Assembly (NCBI RefSeq): GCF_000143415.4
Contig: NW_003314392.1
Coordinates: 220,390-284,389, forward strand
DNA from: Selaginella moellendorffii
Taxonomy: Eukaryota; Plantae; Lycopodiophyta
Direction of reading: 5' to 3'
Length of the DNA: 64,000 nucleotides
Numbering within the stretch: position 1 is the stretch's first letter; each line of letters begins with the position of its first letter. The notes under the pieces are model-generated. The model was not told the origin of the DNA. It saw only the letters and a program-made list of their open reading frames with translations, and made no database searches. This document shows, in pieces, positions 35,887 to 50,023 of the stretch. Position numbers and translations under genes: made by a program.

Positions 35887-38800
35887 TCAAATTGATACTT
35901 TTAATTGAACTTTGCATAAGTACATAGAGTTCTGCCTTGCAGAAATTCCTCCACTAGATCTCGCGCGTTCGCTAGATTCTCCTCCGGCTCCCATGTTGCT
36001 TTGCAGTGTGGAAATCCTTTCCACTTCACATGGAATTCTCTCACCTCGCGTCCTTGTCACTTGCTCTTGCACGCATTGAGGATGGTCTCGACTTCGTATT
36101 CCTCTTCCCCTTGGATAACCTCAGGTAAAGGTCTTACTTGGTCCTTGTGAAGCGGATCCTCAAAATACAGCTTGAGTAAGTTCACGTGGAACTCGGGATG
36201 CATCTTCCCCATCTTTCGAGGAAGTCGGAGACGGTAAGTCACTTTACCGATTCGAGCCTCAATCTCGTAAGGCCGCGCGAACTTGCTTAAGGAACTCAAG
36301 ATCAATTCATTTATAGGAATACATGCATTTTTACCTTTGGGTCAACTTCCGGTTGATCCCACTTGGTAGCTTGAGGTTCTTGGTGTTCAGCCACACCTTC
36401 TCCCCAGCTTGGAACTCTACATTTTGGCGCTTCTGGTTCGCATACTTAGTTTGCCTTTGTTGTGCCCGTTCCAAAGAATCCCTCACTAGATTCCAAATGT
36501 TGAGTCTTTCCGCCGTGAATGCCTCCACTGCGGGTAACTCTCCATGATACTCGGCCACGCCGAGTTTCACAGGACCTTCAATAGCTCGCCCATTAATGAC
36601 TTCCCATGGACTCACCCCGATGCTCGAATGTGGTGAGTTGTTATAACACATTTCCGCAAGTCCCAAATGACTTACCCAATTGGTCTGATCTCCCGAGACA
36701 TAGCATCACAAATAATCCTCCAGCTACCTATTCACCCTTTCCGTTTGTCCATCTGTCAAGAAGTGTTAGTGCCATCAATCTTGACTTAATACCCATTACC
36801 TGTTTGCGGGTGATAGGCTGTGCTGAATTTCAACTTGGTGCGATACTGTTCTAGGAGTGTCCTCCAGAACCTACTGGTGAAGATCTTATCTCGATCTGAG
36901 ATAATCTCTTCCGGCCTTCCCCGCACTCGAACCACTTGTTCGAAGAACAGTTTCGCCACACCTTCCGCATCCACCTCTGTTGTGGTGGGTATGAAATGTG
37001 CCATCTTCGAAAATTGATCCACCACCACGAATATCGCATTGAACCCCTCGCTTGGGGGAAGTCCTGTGATGAAGTCCATTGTAAGACATTTCTACAGACG
37101 ATTTGGAATTGGGATGCTTTGTAACAAGCCCCCACTAGCCTTAGTCACGGCTTTGACCTACTGACATGTTGGACATGTCTTGACATAGTCTTGGACATCC
37201 TTAGCCATATCTGGCCAGTGGTACTTCCTCTTGAGTAAGCCCATTATCTTGGGCATTCCGCTGTGCCCCACAAGAGGTCCGTCATGACACTCTTCTAAGG
37301 CTACCTTCCTTAGTTCCCCTTCTGGAACATACACCCTCGTTTGCTTGTAATATATAAGTCCGTTGCATTCTGCATAGCCCGTTTTCTCTTCCGTTGGCAG
37401 CTCACCTCTCTGGTGAGCTTCCCGTGCCTCTAGATTTCTCAGCAACACTTCTTGTGCTAGACCATCATTCTCATATGCGGTTCGCACATCATCCCAAAAG
37501 GTTGCTGTCGCGCTAGATATCGCCAACTTCAAACTTGCTTTCTAACTTAGCGCATCTGCCACAATGTTGCTCTTCCCAGGCTTGTACAGAATCTCGCAAT
37601 CAAACTCAGCCAAAGCATTGGCCCACCGACCTTGTTTTCCCCTCAGATCGGGCTGTGACAAGAAGTGTTTTGTTGCCACATTGTCCGTGTAAACCTTGAA
37701 GTGTCTCCCAAGGTAGTGTCACCACTCCTTGAGTGCCTTGACCACCGCAAACAATTATTTCTCATGGGCAGGCCACTTCCGTTGAGCCTTGTCCAACTTG
37801 TTCGAGAAGAACGCTACTGGATGGTTGTCCTGCTTCAACATTGCGCCCAACGCAAAGTCCGAAGCATCCGTTTTTACCTCAAAGTCCTTACCAAAGTCTG
37901 GTAATGCCAGCACAGGAGCCTTCCTCAACTTCCCCTTGAGGTGGACAAATGCTACCTCGCATTCCACTGTCCATACCATCTTCTCTTTTCCCGTTTGGTC
38001 CGTTAAGGGCAGGGCTACTCTCGAATAGTATTTGATAAACTTTCAATAGTAGTTGCATAGCCCCAGAAATGCCCTTAACTCGTGTACATTTGATGGTCGC
38101 TCCCAATCCTGGATCGCTTGGACCTTCTCAGGGTCCACCTTGAGCCCGTCCTTGCCCACCACATGCCCAAGAAACTTTACTTCTTGTTGAGCAAATTCAC
38201 ATTTGCTCTCTTTAGCATACAGCTGGTGTTCCCTTAGTTTCTCAAACACTTTTGTCAAGTGTTTGGCATGCTTCTCTAGCGTTTCGCTATAGATCAGGAT
38301 GTCGTCAATATAGACGACCACAAAGTGATCCAAATAGGGTACAAAATATGGTTCATCAATGCTAAAAATGTTGCCGGCGCATTGCATAGCCCGAAGGGCA
38401 TCACCAGAAACTCGAAGCTCCCATACCTCATTCGACAGATTGTCTTTTCGACATCTTCCTTTGCTACCCTGATCTGGTAATATCCTGACCTTAGGTCAAT
38501 CCTCGAGAAGTATTTTGCCTTTCCCAACCTATCGAATAGGTCCTCAATCCCTAGCAAAGGGTACTTGTTCTTCTTTGTATATTTGTTGAGCAACCGATAG
38601 TCTATGCACATGTGCATAGATCCATCTTTCTTTTTCACAAATAGCACCAGCGCCCCATACGGCGACTTGCTCAACCTAACATACCTTTTGTCCACCAACT
38701 CCTCTAGTTGACACTTGAGCTCCGCAAGTTCTTTTTCGTTCAAACGATAGGGGGGACGAACCATCGCCTCAGCACCTTCGACCAGCTCAATCTTATGTTC

Positions 38801-40671
38801 TATCGGTCGTGCGGGGGGCAATCCCGCCGGTAGCTCCTCTAGCATGGTATCCTGGAATTGGTTCAACACCCGCTGGATCACTGAAGGTACTTCTTCTGTT
38901 CTAGTCTTTTTGTCACTTCTCATCGAGAGTAAGCACAAAAATGCAGCCTTGGTCCCTTTAGTGAGTTGTCCTCTTGTGGACACCAGGTTTAGGCACGAAT
39001 CTTTGGCCTTACATTGCCCTACCTTTAGATCCTAGGCCTCCACCCTGGATCTTCTTCCTTGGGCATTCGCCAGTACCACAAGGTTCCTACCTTGTCCATG
39101 TAGGGCTACCACAAACCGATTAAACCAATCCATCCTGAAGATCACGTCAAATCCCGCCATGTCCAACACGGTGAAGTCCATGTCTACTTTCCAAGTCCCT
39201 ACTTCGACTCTCGCTTGTCGAAGTACCTCATTGGTGCTTTGGCTACCTTGAACAAACTCTATAGTCCTTGGTTCGCCCAGCCGCTGCACCGTTAGTCCGG
39301 CTTGCCAGATTATGTCTGCAGCCACAAAATTATCCGAAGCACCCATGTCAATAAGGATCTTAACAAAGCTACCCCCGAGCTTCCCTCGGAGGGCTAGTAG
39401 ATGTCGCGAACGACTCTTTACCAAAGTTGCTCGTGTAATGAGTAACTTTGAGCTAGGGACTGGATCACATACCTCAGTTTGGACTTCACCCGACTTAATG
39501 GCCATATTGGCTTTGGCCTTCTTCGGGTAGGGACATTCCCTCAAAAAATATCCCGCTTCACCGCAGTTATAGCATATATTGTTTCCCACGCTGCTAAACG
39601 ACTTGACCTTCTTATCTATGGGTTTGTCTCTTTTTGCTTGACTCCCCCATGTACTTGCTCGCTGGCCACCGGATTTGCCCTTTCAGAACCCTGAGGACTC
39701 ATTCTTAGAGAAACTCTTCTTGAATTTCCCTTTGCTATAAGTTCCCCTTGGTTTGGCCCCTTTGCTAAACGTGGATCCCAACCCTATCGTGTTCCCCTTT
39801 CATAGGTTATCGTTGAAATGCACCTTGATGGCCGCATCCAACGGTTCCTTGTAGTTGATCGGGTTCCAGCGCATCACCTCACCGCGAGCCCAGGTTTGCA
39901 AACCTGATATGAAGCATGGAACGCATCCATATCCTCCATATCTGTGATAAGTATCCTCTTTGCTATGAACCCATTCACATACTCCTGGATGGTTCTAGTT
40001 TGCTTCAGCCTACTCAGCTCATCTCTTAGATGCAGAGTGGCATTCGGAGGAACATATGTTGCGCGGATCCTCGCCTTCATCATGTCCCAAGTGGCCACCG
40101 GTCCTTTGTTGGCCTCCGTCGTTCTCCACCAAGACTTGGCATTATCTGCCAAGTATGGTTTTGCACATGGGACCTTCTCCGAGCTCGGTAACCGCAATGC
40201 TTGAAAGTAGTCCTCCATATCGTAAAACCAATCCTCCACCACCTTATAGTCATTCACTCCCTTGAAGACCGGTGGGGGCTTTGGTTTGTACTTGGGCACT
40301 ACTTGTGGGACTGATTCCACTTCGGTCTGTTCAACCTTGTCTGGTTTTGCCTCAGTTCCTGCCGACGGGTCCGCACCTTCTGCGCTGCCAGCATCCGCAG
40401 TCTTTTGCCTTTTCTTCCGCTTCTCGTCACGCTTTAGCTTACGCACGAGAGTCTCTAGCAGGGCATTGGTCTGTGCCAATTGTCCTTCTAGAACGTCCAA
40501 TTGAGCCTTGGACGACCGAACCTCACCACCGGACTCCTGTTTGGAAGTTTCCTCACTAGAGTCCTCCTCATGCAAGGATTCCTCATCCATAACCTTTTGT
40601 TTGACCGAAGGCTCCAGCTTTGGAGGAGGTTCTGTCCCCGCCTTGGTTCGCTTCCACCCTGCCTTTGCCAA
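35887..40671 (-). pseudogene. Element Z gag-pol (gag, zinc knuckle, protease, RT, RNase H, integrase, chromodomain), frameshifted
   Basis: [96 protein letters not shown]. Confidence 0.95.
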
Positions 40672-43600
40672 CTCCCAATAATCTGCCTCTATCCTTCGCT
40701 AGAACTGAGGAAAAGGCTCCGATACCAAATTGTAAGCCACAAATTTTTCCTTTCCAATTTGCCAGCTTACCTCATCTATCCGTCCAACATGGCCTTGGCT
40801 TTTGCTAAGTTCCCTCACCAAGGTTCCCGCCTATGGTACCAGCTCCTACTTGGTCCTACTTGGTTTTAGCTACTCACTGCACGAGCAACGGAGTGTTAAC
40901 CATCCATCCACAGATTCCTAAATCTCTCATAATCCCCCTCCCCAGGTTAGAATGAACTTAAGGTTCGGCTACACTCCCCACAAGCACAAGCAGCCAAGCA
41001 CACCAAGCTTCAAGGTTCCTAACATCCCTTGGTACCACAAGACTTGATCATGGGACCCTCTAAATCCCAAATTTTGGGTGCAACACTTGCTTCGAGACGC
41101 CGGGGCGAAACACCGTGGCCTAACGGCCCGGTATGGGTACCTCTACCCCCGCCCCCCCCCCCGCTTCCATCTTGAAAGGAAGGTCCAAGCCCCTAGGAAG
41201 GGCGAGGACCAATGAGCCGCATGGTACTCAAGTGGGGCACCACTCCACATGAGCCGGGAGCACTACAGTTAGTTTCCCTTTCGGGAGTGGGAGCTGCTTT
41301 TGAGCACTTCCTTGGATGGCCCCTCCGGCACCAACCATGTCCATGCTCACTCCCACCCAAGGCCCCTCAGTCCTAGTCCTAACCTCAAGTCAGTTTGGAA
41401 GCCCCACTGGAGAGTTCCTTCAAAACTGGTTCCTGGACCTCATTATCCCTACTATACTTTTGGAACCCCCTGCAGCCCCCCCCCCCGGGAGACGCACGCT
41501 TTGGGCTTTCACCCCTTGACCCGTATTAATACTCGGACTCAGTCTCTGGCTCGATCTCGGACTCGATCTCGGATCCGACTTCGGATTCGGTCTCGGACTT
41601 GATCTCAGACTCGATCTCGGACCCGACCTCGGACTCGACCTCAGACTCGGTCTCGGACCCGATTTCGGATCTCGGACTCCATCTCGAACTTGGTTTCCGA
41701 GTCGGCTTCGGACTCGATTCCGGACTCTATCTTGAACTCGGTCTCCGAGTCGGTCTTGGACTCGATCTCAGACTCGGTCCCATCCGATAAACTCTTTATC
41801 ATTTTGGTCATGCTTTCGGGGATCCTTTAGCCTACGACACCTCAAGGAGTTGGTTCCTTACAGTGGGATGTACTCAAGGAGTTTTCCGAGGCTATGTGGA
41901 TGAATAAAAAGTTCAACAACAAGTCAAAAAGTTACTTGAGTTTAGAATTAATTAATTCTTTGTTTAGTGCCTCAATCTTTCTTATGCAAAAGAAGGATAC
42001 TTCAATATGGATATGTATTAACTACCATGCTATAAACAAAAAGATAATGAAAGATAAGATGCCGATGCTATATGTGGGTCATATTGGGCCAATTGACATA
42101 GTATAGGCAGTTGTTAGCTCTTTGGAAGAGTGTTAATACTTTTCACTTGGCTATAGTCTACTTGGAGAAAGTTTCTTCTAATTTTTGTTTGCTAGTGTCA
42201 TGAATATGACTTCGGGATTGAAAGTTACCTGTCGGCCAATCCTTATAGACACTTTTTTCTTACTGCCACGACAGCAAAAGGTCGGTATTGCTGGACCCTT
42301 TATCAATCCCTTTTGTGTTAGTGGAGTTAATTGGGCATTTCGAGTGTACTTAGACCGGACAAGCATAAGGACGGAATTTTTACGTACTATTAACTAAGCA
42401 TCCTTAGCTCGGTAAGGAGTTCCTATCTCGTTATATCTTGCACTGGCTAGTGACAAGAACCCTTGCGTATTGAGTTTAATCCCTCAATATCATTGGATGA
42501 TAGCTTACCATGTCTGCCAAACACCCTCGCTATCATGCCCTTTGTGTTAGTCTCATTCTAGTCCCAAATACTATTTATAGAAAGTGTCCAGATTTGCTCA
42601 TTTTGGCATATTTACGGAATGTAGAGATTGTCTTGAACACAATGGTGTTCGTCCTATGTCCAAATTCGTAATCTAGGAACATTCCATATTTAGTAAGTTT
42701 CAAGTTTATCCTAAAGACTAACTCCTGATACTAAGGGAGGCTTGGGGTGAAAGCCCAAAGCGTGTGTTTCTGAAGGGGAGGGGGGGGGGAGGGCTATAGG
42801 GGGTTTTAAATGTATAATAGGGATAATGGGTAGGTCGGGCATGGCCGACCAACTTAAGGCATAGTCTAGCTTTTACTTGCATGCTTGTCCTTGTTCTACG
42901 TCTGGCTTACTAAGCCCAAGTTCTACACCATGCTAGCTGATAGAGTACCCATATCCTTGCGTTAGGCCACCAGTATGCTAAAATAGCACTAAACTCTATT
43001 TGGCTCCATTTTGCATGTTGGTCATAATATTGGGATATTAGTTGCTTTAGGATTGTTCCAAGTCGCTCTTTACTCCTGCCCCTTTGCTCCTTGGGCTCCA
43101 TGCTTGGGAATTTGGCACCATTCCTTTGTTTAGTGGCCTAAGGTTTTGAAACTCGGGTTCCACTCCACTATCCTTTGGACATGTGGCATGTGACACATGG
43201 CATATAACACATGGCACATGGATGGTTTAGGTTCTGCTTCGTGGTTATCCTATGGTAAATCACTATAGGATAAAGGGTAAAAACCATGTGTGCTACATTT
43301 GGTATCAGAAGGATGAGTCTTGGCAAGTACTATCCAATGAGATTAGGCAATTAGTTTTGTTGCATACGCAAAGATGAAAACAATGATCCGAGTGGATACA
43401 CGTTTGGGTGCAAAGGCTTTGCAATTGTTCCTTGGATATGGATTTAGTTACTTTGTTATACCATATTATGTGAGCTTGCTCTTGGGCTCATAGGATGGAA
43501 TGAGATATTTTGTTTGCACAAATTTATGCTTGGGTGAGTGAGTGAGGCACATTAGTATGAGCTTATGCTTGGGCTCATGAATGAGGCACATTAGCAACTC

Positions 43601-43689
43601 AAGGTTACACTTTGAGTTGGCAGGATTAATATTAGCCTATCAGTGGTTCCATGAGTTGTTCCAGTGGTTACGTGAGTTTATCCATGTAC

Positions 43690-46600
43690 TATAGGAAAAA
43701 GTAAAAGGCATAATTACAAGTGGATCAACCAAGATTATAGGGATTAGTCTGTTGGTTCAAGTAATCATTACCGTGCTCTCTCATAAACTTTTCTTGAATC
43801 GAATTAAAGGTAGTGCAAAAGCAAGTTTGAGGTTTGGTCAAAGATGAGACCGAAAAGAGAATCGTTGGAGATGAAGGATCAAATACATAAATTATTATTT
43901 TTTTTTGGAGAGATGATTTGCAATGAAGTGTTAATTTATTGCTTGTGTTCACATCATGCAATTAAGAGTCCCTATCTTGATGCATGTTGGAGATAATGGT
44001 CTTACAAATGGCAAGTTGTGGGATGGATAGCGATGAAGTGCTATACCATTTTGTCTAGGCTTGCTATTGAAGATTTAGGTTGTAATGCTCAATTTTTTTC
44101 TAGAGAATCTTGCTATTGCTCTTCAAGTAGCTTGGTGTTAAATTAGTTTTGAGTTTGGTCGAAAAGAGAGTGGCATGAGCTTGTCCGTGTTGTGAATAAA
44201 AGTTAGTGGTGTTGGGTGTTGTAAATCTTTATCGGTGGAGTGTAGCATTTATGTTACATTTTGTCAAATCGAGTTAACACTTGATATTCACATAAACCTT
44301 TGAAGTAGTGACATGGGTATTGCTCATTATGTTGCTCAATTGATGATCAAGTCATTGTGATATTTATATCATATCTATGTGATAATAAGCAATGTGTTTG
44401 CGAAGTTGCTTGGTTAAATGATAATCAACCCCAAAATGGTTGATGGTGAAACTAGTTTACTTACATGTAGTAGCATTATAATAGTTTTGACTATATTCCC
44501 AATGGTTATCCATTATGTTAAGTTTAAGTTGTACCTTGTTTCCTTAAGTGTTTGCCCATTGAAGTGTTGGAAAGGGGTTATAGCATTCATTTGTTATAGC
44601 TTGTCAGTTGATCCATTAGCACTTAGAGTAAATTGTTGGATGGAGAAGGTATGTAGTTGAGGCATTGACATCGTTAGCATCTGTGTTAGTGGCAGTGGCA
44701 TTGTTATTTAGAGTGATGAGAAATTCTCCTTAGACCTTGATTTTCCATGTCATTTTTTTTGTTAGTGCTTTGGCTATACATTGGATCTTGAAGGTGATTG
44801 AAGAGGAGTGTTAATGCAATATGGATATCCGAAAATGTAGTCTTCACGATCAAGCTTTAGATGTTCATTTTGCATTTTACAAATGTCAATGTTGGAAGTT
44901 AGAGATATGGGCATGATGTTTAATGCTTAAGTATGCTATTGGGTCATGAGAATTGGTGTTGAGGTGAGCCTATGTGAAATTGTTAGTAGGAGGAAGTTGG
45001 TTGAGTCTTGAAAGTTTGTATTGTTAGACTGAGAGTCATTCTTTCTCTAGGATGGAAAATTTTTCCACAAATTTTTTAAAGCTTTTTCAATGGCTGATCT
45101 ATTATCACTTTAACCATTCTATTTTTATAAGTTAATACAAACTAGTGAAGGGGTTGGAGTTGACTTCGGTTAGCTTAGACCTTAGTAGGTGGTTTGTATA
45201 ATGCGATCTAAAAAAGATGCTAACTTTCAGTTGAGTTGAGTTGGATAGAGTTTGGAGTTAGTGTAAAAAAGTGGTCATTGCGCTTTTCTAAGAAGGGTGA
45301 CCCTTGTGCCTTTCTTCTATAGTGTTATGCTTGGTAGCAAATTGCACTTTGCATTTCGTTAAAACTCTATGAGAGTAGTGAACTCTCATTGATCTTGATT
45401 TGATATTAGTGGCCCTACGCCTTGGCTGAGGATGGTGATATTCAACTTAGTTGTTTAAGGTTCAGATGTTAGTATCCATACTATAGCTTTGTCTATGAAA
45501 GGTTGTGTACTAATATGAACCCATCTCATGGTCTTCATTTTAGTTTCGACTAAGTGTTAATCATGCATAGCTAGCATTTTCAAGGCATGCTCAGAGGTAT
45601 TGGCTAAATGCATTAGTGAGCTTATTATGGTTGAATTAGATTCAAGTGGTCATTTAATTTGTGTTTGTCTATAAATCTTTATCTCGTACCTAGGGTATTA
45701 TGTTCATGTTGGACAAGTATATAACTTGATGACATGAGTTTAGTGTTCAGGTCTTATGAAAGCAAGCTGAAGAGTGATTGTTAATTGTTTTATGATTAAT
45801 GATTGCTTGTAGACTTTATCAAGGATTGTTTGACACTTGCTTCCCTTGATGATCATTTAGCAATGATGAGCTTATTTTACCGAATGGTGTTGTGGAGGAT
45901 TGTGTCATTAGACTTACATGGTTTTTCCATGTTGGTATATCGATTCTATCTTTGTCGATATCATTTGGTTGCATTTAGTTTGTAATGTTAGATTTCATTA
46001 AGTCTTGGATGTGGTGAATCACTCCTTGATGATGTGTTATTTAAAATTGAGTATTGTTAAAAGATTAGTCTTGAATACTGAATAAAGTATCTTTGACATT
46101 GGTTAGCGTAGTTGCTAGAGAGTTTTGAGTGGTGATTCACTCTTGCTTTTTTATAACTTTGTTATGGTGTTGATGGCATTTAAATGATGTCTTGTTATTG
46201 ACATTGTTGATGTTGAGATTTGAGTGAAATGCGATATCTCTCCTTAAAGATTGATATTGAGTTTCATTAGTTTCAATGAAGATAGTGTTGATGATTTGGC
46301 TATAGCTTTGTGTTATTGGCATTCGTGCATTTGCTAGTTAGCAACTATATTAACGTTCAAATGAACTAAGTGGCAAGTTGAGTTAGTTGTGTTTTAGAAG
46401 AGATTGTTTAGTAGGGGTTAAGCTTTGAGCTTTCTTTGAAAAGTGATTTAGTCATGGACAATGCTAATTCTATGAGAGGATGAATTAGTGATCAATATTG
46501 AAAATGTTGAATTCTTTATATTGATCATTAATGATTTCTTTTGTGCTTGTTATAAAGTGAATTACGTCTTGCTATAAATGGATTCATGGAGGAGTGTTTA

Positions 46601-47730
46601 GTGATCACTTGTTAAGTATAGCTCCATTGTGCTTAACTTTTAGATTGATGCAGATATACTCTTTATTAGCTCTGGTATTATAAAGTTTGGCTTATGGATA
46701 TGTTAAGGAGGATATTGTGGGTTGCATTATGATTTCTTTTTTAGCATTGAAGTTAGTTCATGCAAAACTTATGATCATTATTAAGCAAGACTTAACTGTA
46801 TGCTTCTTCAAGCTTTTGGTTCTTTGAGTTTTATGTTTATTGTTTCATTTGTTAGAAGATGTTGGGGAAGGCATTTTGGCTTATTAATTTCGATGTTGAA
46901 GTTGGCTTTTCAATGTAGCAATCATTAGTTAATTATCCTTGTCAAAGGTTTTGCTTGATTATTATTGATATAAACTGAGTTGCCATTCTTTGGGATGGTA
47001 GATTCTTTCTTTAACAATGATTATGCATCTCTTCATTAATGGGACGATTGATGGTCTTTCATGATGGTTAATTGTTCTTTTGATGGCTTATGGCTTTTTG
47101 CATTATCACATGTTCTTTGTGGTTTGTTCTAGATTGATTTCTTGGGTTTGAGACATCAATAGGATGTTGTTAACACTTGTTTAAGCAACTTGAGTTCCTT
47201 TATATTGTTGATCAAGATCTATTCAGATTGGCTTTTATGATAGTTGGCATGAATGAGTGTTTGTTGGTCTTATTGCATTCATTTTATTCTGTTGATTATA
47301 GCTTAAATTAGTTTTGATAGGTTGGGATGTTATTTCTTTCAGGTGATACATTCGCAAACATTGTGCTTGTCAATCAATGATACTTTGTGTTCTTTGAGTT
47401 ATCTTTAGTAAGTTGTTTGGCATACTATCTGCCATCTTCGATAGTTAAGTTTCATCATTGAGTTTCCTTGATGATATACTTCTTAATGAATTTTGTTAGA
47501 TGGTGATTCCTATGTTTACCAATTATGAAGATCTTGGTGGACTCTAATACTAGTTTATCAGATGATAATTTATTTGGAATACTTTTTGTGTTCTCATCTA
47601 AGATATATTCACTGATAATTAAGTATCTAAAATATCATTGTCTATACCTTTGATATTGTTCAATTATTGATCATTGAGTTTGGGCCAGTATAGGCAAACT
47701 GGCTTCAGCACTTCATGTGCATGGTGAAAT
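43690..47730 (-). pseudogene. Highly eroded gag-pol-like relic, antisense to family Y
   Basis: Hand translation gives long frames broken mainly by TAA/TAG/TGA compatible with C->T; weak motif echoes in pol order (FNIFNIDH.FILS, MPISLTS at 44894-44914, HQLSNIMS, IP...MHQD...IIIYV). Confidence 0.5.
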
Positions 47731-50023
47731 CTTTAGTCATGGGGTAGCTATTGTCGACTGGTCACATCACCCACTTTTCTGTCGATGTTCCTTATTCCGT
47801 TAAAAGGGCGTGACGATATAAAAAACTCTAACTACTTGTTTACAGTAGTTTACCTAAACCTTACCGACAGGTTTAGTTTCTTTACTCATGAGGGTTGGGG
47901 CCCTTAGCTTCTCTCTCTATATCCCTGTACGCAGGGGCATATCACACTTTTGTAAGCTAGGTGACACCTAGAGCAGCATGGGTGGTTAACTCTATTGGTC
48001 ATTTCCTTGTCGGTGACAGCTGGAAGGTGTCTAAGTGGGTAGGGCATTTGCATTAGGCATAGAGGTTGCCTTATAACTCATTTAAGTTGGTGCATTTTTC
48101 ACATAATGTGAATACTGTGAACTATTTTTGGAGTTGTTTTCTTGGCAGTATTTTAGACTAGAGTATGCATTGACGAGGATGTCAATCTTCCCTGTCGCGA
48201 ATGTGATTTCGGGTATCGAAAGTTACATGTCGGCTAATCCTTATGGACACTCTTTTTTTATTGCCACGACAACTAGAGGTCAGTATTGTTAGACCCTTTA
48301 TCAATCCCTCTTGTGTTAGTGGAGTTAACTAGGCATTTCGAGTGTACGTAGACCGGACGAGCATAAGGATGGAATTTCTAAGTACTATTAGCTAAGCATA
48401 CTTAGCTTGGTAAGGAGTTCCCATCTCGTTATATCTTGCATTGCTTAATGATAAGAACCCTTGTGTATTGAATTTAATCCCTCAATATCGCTAGATGATA
48501 GCTTACCGTGTTTGCCAAACACCCTCGCTATCATGTCCTTTGTGTTAGTCTTATTCCGGTCACAAATGCTATTTATGGAAAGTGTCCAGATTTACTCATT
48601 TGGCATATTTACGGAATGTAGAGATTGTCCTGAACACAATGGTGTCGTCCTATGTCCAAATTCACAATCTAGAGACATTCTATATTTAGTAAGTTTTGAG
48701 CTTGTCCCAGAAACTAACTCCTGATACTAAGGGAGGCTTGGGGTGAAAGCCCAAAGCATGTGTTTCTCAGGGGGGGGTTATAGAGGGTTCCAAATGTATA
48801 ATAGGGATAATGAGGTATAATTTAGCTCTTACTTGTGTGCCTGTCTTTATTCTACGTTTGGTTTGGGTTTAAGCCCAAGTTCTACACCATGTTAGCTGGT
48901 GGAGTACTCATATCCTTGCATTAGACCACTAGTATGCTAAAATAGCACTAAACTCTATTTAGCTCCATTTTGTGTGCGGGTCCTAATATTGGGATGTTGG
49001 TTGCTCTAGGATTGTTCTAAATCACTCTTTACTCCTACCCCTTTGCTCCTTGGGCTCCATACTTGGGAATTTGGCACTATTCCTTTATTTAGTGGCCCAA
49101 GGTCCTGAAACACGGGTTTCACTCCACTGTCTTTTGGACATGTGGCATATGACACATGGCATATAACACGTGACACATGGATGGTTTACGTTCCGCTTCA
49201 TGGTTATCCTATGGTAAATCACTATAGGATAAAAGGTAAAAACCACATGTGCTACATTTGGTATCAAAAAGATGAGTCTCAGCAAGTACTATCCAATGAG
49301 ATTGGGCAATTAATTTTGTTGCATACGCAGAGATAAAAACAATGATCCGAGTGGGTACATGTTTGGGTGGAAAGGCTTTGCAATTGTTCCTTGGGTATGG
49401 ATTTAGTTACTTTGTTGTATCATATTATATGAGTTTGCTCTTGGGCTCATAGGATGGAATGACATGTTCCGTTTGCACAAATTTATGCTTGGGTGAGTGA
49501 GTGAGGCACATTAGTACAAGTTTGTGCTTGGGCTTGTGAATGAGGCGCATTAGCAACTCAAGGTTACACTTTGAGTTGGCAGGATTAATATTAGCCTATC
49601 AGTGGTTCCATGAGTTGTTCCAGTGGTTACGTGAGTTTATCCATGTACTATGGGAAAAAGTAAAAGGCATGATTACAAGTGGATCAACCAAGATTATAGG
49701 GATTAGTCTGTTGGTTCAAGTAATCATTACCGTGCTCTCTCATAAACTTTTCTTGAATCGAATTAAAGGTATTGTGAAAGCAAGCTTGAGGTTTGGTCAA
49801 ATATAAGACTGAAAAGAGAGTCGTTGGGGATGAAAGATCAAATACATAAATTTTTTTTTTTTTTTTGGAGAGATGATTTGCAATGAAGTGTTAATTTATT
49901 GCTTGTGTTCACATCATGTAATTAAGAGTCCCTACCTTGATGTATGTTGGAGATAATGGTCTTACAAATGGCAAGTTGTGGGATGGATAGCAATGAAGTG
50001 CTATACCATTTTGTCTAGGCTTG

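Larger units (their letters stand above)
34381..41862 (-). mobile_element. Full-length but defective Ty3/gypsy chromovirus (element Z)
   Basis: LTRs 34381-35498 and 40731-41862 (TG..CA); TSD GTGGG at 34376-34380 and 41863-41867; PBS TGGTATCGGAGCC at 40727-40715; PPT 35499-35510. Confidence 0.96.
32567..42100 (+). mobile_element. Degenerate, truncated Ty3/gypsy element W (5' LTR 32567-32766, gag, protease, start of RT), interrupted by element Z
   Basis: LTR TGTTAG..CTAACA, PBS-like TAGTATCAAAG, QQGKMTLGDYIEKF, protease LLDSGSDNNFIS at ~33922, RT start KKDTSIWICINY at ~41990. Confidence 0.75.

Noticed and set aside
43690-44760. Env-like glycoprotein (many N-x-S/T sequons)
   Set aside because: The sequons are explained by A/C-rich composition, no transmembrane helix was seen, and motif order fits a pol relic better.
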